A DNA stretch of 49,031 bases from Candidatus Limnocylindrales bacterium (lineage in GTDB: Bacteria > Chloroflexota > Limnocylindria > Limnocylindrales > CSP1-4): positions 1 to 49,031 of the forward strand of contig DASUMJ010000217.1 in the NCBI GenBank assembly GCA_036277775.1. Direction: 5' to 3'. Every line of letters starts with the position of its first letter. The stretch's first letter is position 1. Position numbers and translations under genes: made by a program. The notes beneath the pieces were generated by a model. The model saw only the letters and a list, made by a program, of their open reading frames with translations. It did not search any database and was not told where the DNA came from. Shown here piece by piece: positions 45,270 to 49,031 of the stretch.

Positions 45270-46802
45270 ATGTGGGCAATGCGGCCCACCCTGCGCGTCC
45301 TGGAGCCCGAGCTCATCGACCGCATCCTCGACGAGGCACTGCGCGTCCTCGCGACCTCGGGCATGGAGGTCCGCGGGGCGGAGCTGCGACGCCGACTCCT
45401 GGCAGCCGGGCTGCCCCTCGACGCCGCCGGCGAGCGGGTCCTCTTCCCGCGCGACGTCGTCGAGGCGGCGATCGCGAGCGCACCGTCGTCCTTCACGCTC
45501 TTCGATCGCGACGGCAGTCCCCACGCCGACCTCGGTGGGGATCGCGTCCACTTCGTCCCCGGCTCGTCGGGGCTGAAGGTCCAGGACCATCGGACCGGCG
45601 AGGTCCGGCTGGCCGGGACGACCGACTTCGTCGAGTACGTCCGGCTCGCAGACGGGCTCCGGAACATCGCCTACCTCGCGACGGCCTTCTCGACGAACGA
45701 CGACATCGAGGTCGCGGTCGCCGATGCGTGGCGGCTCTTCCTCGTCCTCACGAACTCGAAGCGGCCGGTCGTCTCGGGCGCGTTCACCGAGCATGGCGTC
45801 GAGCGGATGGTCGAGATGCAGCAGCTCTTCCGCCGCGACCGGGCGGACCTCGTCGCCCGCCCGATGTCGATCTTCACGATCACCGCATCGGGCAACTTTC
45901 GGTACAGCGAGGACTCCTGCCAGAACCTCATCGACTGCGTCGAGGCCGGGATCCCGGTCGAGATCGTGCCGGTCACGCTCCAGGGGCTGATCGCCCCCGT
46001 GACGACCGTCGGCGCGACGGTCTTCCACGCGGTCGACGTCCTCGCCGGGATCACGATGGCCCAGGTCGTCCGCCCGGGGGCGCCGGTGCTGTTCGGTGGC
46101 GCGCCGGCCACGTTCCACATGAAGATCGCGAGCTCGCCGATGGCGGCCATCGAGGCGCTCCAGCTCGACGTCGCCTACGTCGAGGTGGCCAAGGCCCTGG
46201 GCCTGCCCTGCCAGTCGTACATGGCGCTCTCGGACGCGAAGGTCCTGGACGCCCAGGCCGGAGCCGAGACGTTCGGGAGCGCGCTGCTCGCGGCGCTGGC
46301 CGGCGTGAACAGCGTGTCGGGCCCCGGGATGCTCGACTTCCTCCTCGTCTTCAGCCTGCCGAAGCTGCTCTTCGACGACGAGGTCTGCGGGCAGGTCCTC
46401 CACTTCGTCCGGGACGTCCATCCGGTCGACGACCTGCCCGTCGACGCCCTCCTCGACCAGCTCCGCGCAGACCAGCACCTGATCATGGCCGAGCACACCA
46501 CCGCGCACTGGCCGACGGAGCTCTACCTTCCGTCGCGGCTCTGGGAGCGCGACAACCGCGAGAACTGGGTGAAGGCCGGCGCCGCCGACACAGCGGAACG
46601 GGCCGCGGTCGAGGTGGACCGCCGCCTCGCGGCGTACCAGCCGGTCGAGACGGACCCGGTCGCCGTCGCGGAGCTCGAGCGGATCATCCGGAGCGGCCTG
46701 CAGGACCAGACCGAGCTGCCTCTTGTGCCGCCCGCCGACGCACCGGTGGCGCTGGCCGAGGCGGGCGACGCCCGCCGACGGAACCGCCGCCGCGGGGGCT
46801 GA
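45270..46802 (+). CDS. Trimethylamine methyltransferase (MttB) superfamily protein, non-pyrrolysine type
   Basis: The N-terminus '[24 protein letters not shown]' and the overall ~500-aa length fit the MttB family. There is no in-frame TAG. An alternative start lies at 45279. Confidence 0.8.
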   Translation: MWAMRPTLRVLEPELIDRILDEALRVLATSGMEVRGAELRRRLLAAGLPLDAAGERVLFPRDVVEAAIASAPSSFTLFDRDGSPHADLGGDRVHFVPGSSGLKVQDHRTGEVRLAGTTDFVEYVRLADGLRNIAYLATAFSTNDDIEVAVADAWRLFLVLTNSKRPVVSGAFTEHGVERMVEMQQLFRRDRADLVARPMSIFTITASGNFRYSEDSCQNLIDCVEAGIPVEIVPVTLQGLIAPVTTVGATVFHAVDVLAGITMAQVVRPGAPVLFGGAPATFHMKIASSPMAAIEALQLDVAYVEVAKALGLPCQSYMALSDAKVLDAQAGAETFGSALLAALAGVNSVSGPGMLDFLLVFSLPKLLFDDEVCGQVLHFVRDVHPVDDLPVDALLDQLRADQHLIMAEHTTAHWPTELYLPSRLWERDNRENWVKAGAADTAERAAVEVDRRLAAYQPVETDPVAVAELERIIRSGLQDQTELPLVPPADAPVALAEAGDARRRNRRRGG

Positions 46803-46865
46803 GCGGTCCCCGGAATCGGGACGAATCGCCCGTAACCGACGCCGGGTGCGTGGCGTCGCATCACC

Positions 46866-48221
46866 ATGAGACGACTGACCGCAGTCCTGGCGTCCGTCAT
46901 CCTCGTCGCGGCCTGTGCCGGCGGCACCTCGCCGAGCCCGTCGCCGACCCAGGCGCCCACCGCCACGCCAGGCGACACGGCAGCTCCGGCGCCGTCGCCG
47001 ACCGAGCCCTCCGCGTCGACGATCGAGCTCGCCCGATCTGACGTCGCTCGGCTCGCGGGCGACCCGGCCCGTGCTGCCGCCGCCGCGGCGGCCCTGAACG
47101 CCTTCGGCCTCGACGTCTATGGACGCCTGGCCGCGGCGCCGGGCAACGTCGTGGTGTCGCCGGCGAGCATCGCCATCGCCCTGTCGATGGCCCGCGCCGG
47201 CGCCCGCGGGGCGACCGCCGCCGAGATGGACGCTGTCCTGCGGAACCTTGGGGCCGAGGATCTGGCGGATGCGGCCAGCGCCCTCGACGCAGCGCTTGCC
47301 GCCCGAACCGGCACCTTCGAGGACGCGGCCGGTGACGCACACGAGGTCACCCTCCGGATCGCGAACGCGCTCTTCGCGCAGCGGGACATGGCGCTCGTGT
47401 CGGCCTTCCTCGACGCGATGGCCGCGCGCTACGGGGCCGGCATCTGGACGGTCGACTTCATGACCGATCCGGAGGCCGCGCGCGTGGCGATCAACGCCTG
47501 GGTCGCCGAACAGACAGAGGACCGGATCGAGGAGATCCTCAAGCCAGGCCAGATCACCGCCGCGACCCGCCTGGCGATCGCCAACGCCATCTACCTCAAG
47601 GCGCCGTGGTTCTACCCGTTCGACGAGGACGAGACCGTGGGCGGGACGTTCACGGCGATGGACGGCAGCACGGTCCAGGCGCCGTTCATGCACCTCGTCA
47701 GCACCCATGTCAGCGGGGCCAAGGGCAGCGGCTGGGTCGCCGTGGAGCTGCCGTACGTCGGACGCAGCCTTGCGATGACCCTCATCCTGCCCGACGACCT
47801 CGGAGCCTTCGAGTCGACGTTCGATGCCGCAGCCTTCGGCGCGATCACGGGCGCGCTCCAGCCGGCCCAGGTCGACCTGAGGATGCCGGCCTTCGACACC
47901 GAATCACGGGTCGAGCTCTCGTCCTTGCTCGCGGCCCTCGGGATGCCGACGGCATTCGACGCCGCCGCCGACTTCTCCGGCATGACCACCGAGGAGAAGC
48001 TCCACATCGGCTTCGTCATCCACCAGGCGAACATCACCGTCGACGAGGCGGGTACCGAAGCGGCGGCCGCCACGGTCGTGGGCATGGACACGAGCGGCGG
48101 CGGGCCGACCCTGGAGATCGACCTCACGCTCGACCACCCGTTCCTGTTCGTGCTCCGAGACGTTCCGACCGGCGCGATCGTGTTCATGGGCCGCGTCGAC
48201 GACCCCGGCACGACGCCGTGA
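46866..48221 (+). CDS. Serpin family protein with lipoprotein signal
   Basis: The lipobox is 'ILVAAC-AGG'. The serpin core has 'NVVVSPASIAIALSMA'. The hinge/RCL is 'EAGTEAAAATVVGMDTSGG', and the C-terminal motif is 'DHPFLFVLRD'. Confidence 0.9.
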   Translation: MRRLTAVLASVILVAACAGGTSPSPSPTQAPTATPGDTAAPAPSPTEPSASTIELARSDVARLAGDPARAAAAAAALNAFGLDVYGRLAAAPGNVVVSPASIAIALSMARAGARGATAAEMDAVLRNLGAEDLADAASALDAALAARTGTFEDAAGDAHEVTLRIANALFAQRDMALVSAFLDAMAARYGAGIWTVDFMTDPEAARVAINAWVAEQTEDRIEEILKPGQITAATRLAIANAIYLKAPWFYPFDEDETVGGTFTAMDGSTVQAPFMHLVSTHVSGAKGSGWVAVELPYVGRSLAMTLILPDDLGAFESTFDAAAFGAITGALQPAQVDLRMPAFDTESRVELSSLLAALGMPTAFDAAADFSGMTTEEKLHIGFVIHQANITVDEAGTEAAAATVVGMDTSGGGPTLEIDLTLDHPFLFVLRDVPTGAIVFMGRVDDPGTTP

Positions 48222-48237
48222 CGGCCTGAGCGACCTT

Positions 48238-49031
48238 CTAGCCGTCGAGGTCCGCCGCGAGCACGGCCGGGTTGCCTTCCGGGGCACCCACAGGCTCGAG
48301 GCTGACGCCGAACGTCCCACCGTCGTCGAACGAGATCGTCGCCCACTCGTCGAGGGAGCCGTTCCAGAACGCCGTCCCGCCGGCGAACCACATCTTCCCG
48401 ACGGGAGAGCGGGAGCCGCCCTTCTCGAGCCAGCAGCGGTACTCGCGGTCGGCCGGCGGGGCATCGAGTGACTTCGTGAGCACGACGATGTCATGGCGCG
48501 ACCAGGCGAGCGAGCCGCGGGCGATGCCGTCGGCCCCGACGAGCGCGACGACCTTGTGGTCCGGGTCCCGGAGGATCCGGTCCACGGTCGCGGCCACGGA
48601 CTCGAGGGCCGCCGTCTCCGCGCCGGCGCGGTCGAGGCGGGCCACCTGGTCGAGGAGGAGCGCGCCGCCGACGGCCACGACCGCGAGGACGGCGACGAGC
48701 GGCAGGACGAGGCGAGCAACGCGACGGGGCCGCGGCTCGGCGGCCCGGTCCACGACTCCGGCCCCGGCCGGTGGCTGGGCCGCGGGACCCGAAGCCACGA
48801 CGAGAGCTGGGCGTGCGGCGGTTCGGTCCGCGGCGATCGCCGCGGCGTCGGGGGCCCGTCGAATCGCCTCCGCGACGGCGGCGCGGAGGCCGGGTGGCGC
48901 GGGGATCGGGGCGTCGGCGGCAAGGTCGGCAAGGTCGAGGCGTTCCGGCCCGGATCCCCGGGCGACCTCGATCACCGCCGCCGTGCGGCGCCAGGCCTCC
49001 ACGTCGCGGGTGCAGACCTCGCAGGTCGCGA
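48238..49031 (-). CDS. Anti-sigma factor (RskA-like extracytoplasmic domain), partial: the N-terminus lies beyond the window
   Basis: The C-terminal part 'YRCWLEKGGSRSPVGKMWFAGGTAFWNGSL...FGVSLEP' is RskA-like, with a TM helix 'VLPLVAVLAVVAVGGALLL'. The frame stays open to 49031, where 'CEVCTRD' resembles a zf-HC2 anti-sigma N-terminus. Confidence 0.75.
   Translation of the reverse strand, partial: ATCEVCTRDVEAWRRTAAVIEVARGSGPERLDLADLAADAPIPAPPGLRAAVAEAIRRAPDAAAIAADRTAARPALVVASGPAAQPPAGAGVVDRAAEPRPRRVARLVLPLVAVLAVVAVGGALLLDQVARLDRAGAETAALESVAATVDRILRDPDHKVVALVGADGIARGSLAWSRHDIVVLTKSLDAPPADREYRCWLEKGGSRSPVGKMWFAGGTAFWNGSLDEWATISFDDGGTFGVSLEPVGAPEGNPAVLAADLDG

Noticed and set aside
45270-46802. 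Pyrrolysine (in-frame TAG) in the MttB homolog
   Set aside because: The ORF is continuous with no internal amber codon, so this is a non-Pyl family member.

Overview
Very GC-rich, gene-dense chromosomal window with about 46 protein genes. I found no rRNA, tRNA, CRISPR array, transposase or integrase. Many long ORFs in the six-frame track are antisense 'shadow' ORFs (Arg/Pro/Gly/Ala-rich), so I re-trimmed several starts using RBS position, start/stop overlaps and family N-termini. The window has three parts. (1) Positions ~230-24340 hold a catabolic island. Its five promoters each carry the same AT-rich 16-bp palindromic box (TCGATAATCGATKATC) at the -10/+1 position. The island contains an SDR / MBL hydrolase / truncated PPDK-like / SDR operon. 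It also contains a nine-gene minus-strand operon: UPF0261, a PpsA-like swivel-His protein, GntR, an HprK-like P-loop protein, a three-subunit molybdenum hydroxylase, a cyclase/amidohydrolase and a Zn-ADH. The rest of the island is a transaldolase, a Liv-type ABC importer and a cupin plus split-transketolase operon. (2) Positions 24360-39136 hold a second GntR paralog, a C_GCAxxG protein and a DeoR regulator with a fused E1 alpha-beta/E2 2-oxoacid dehydrogenase. Next comes a Tat-exported [NiFe]-hydrogenase-like operon (small subunit, large subunit, cytochrome b, heptaheme cytochrome c) with several non-canonical active-site and cluster motifs. It sits divergent to phosphoketolase-acetate kinase. 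(3) Positions 39159-49031 are more ordinary: a lipoprotein, a GH63-like glycosidase, a TMEM175-type channel, OsmC, an alpha/beta-hydrolase-LuxR fusion, a non-Pyl MttB homolog, a lipoprotein serpin and a partial RskA-like anti-sigma factor. The best leads are the operator-defined regulon with its unusual phosphotransfer enzymes around a Mo-hydroxylase, and the atypical hydrogenase/multiheme module. All functional calls rest on motif recognition by eye; no database search was run.
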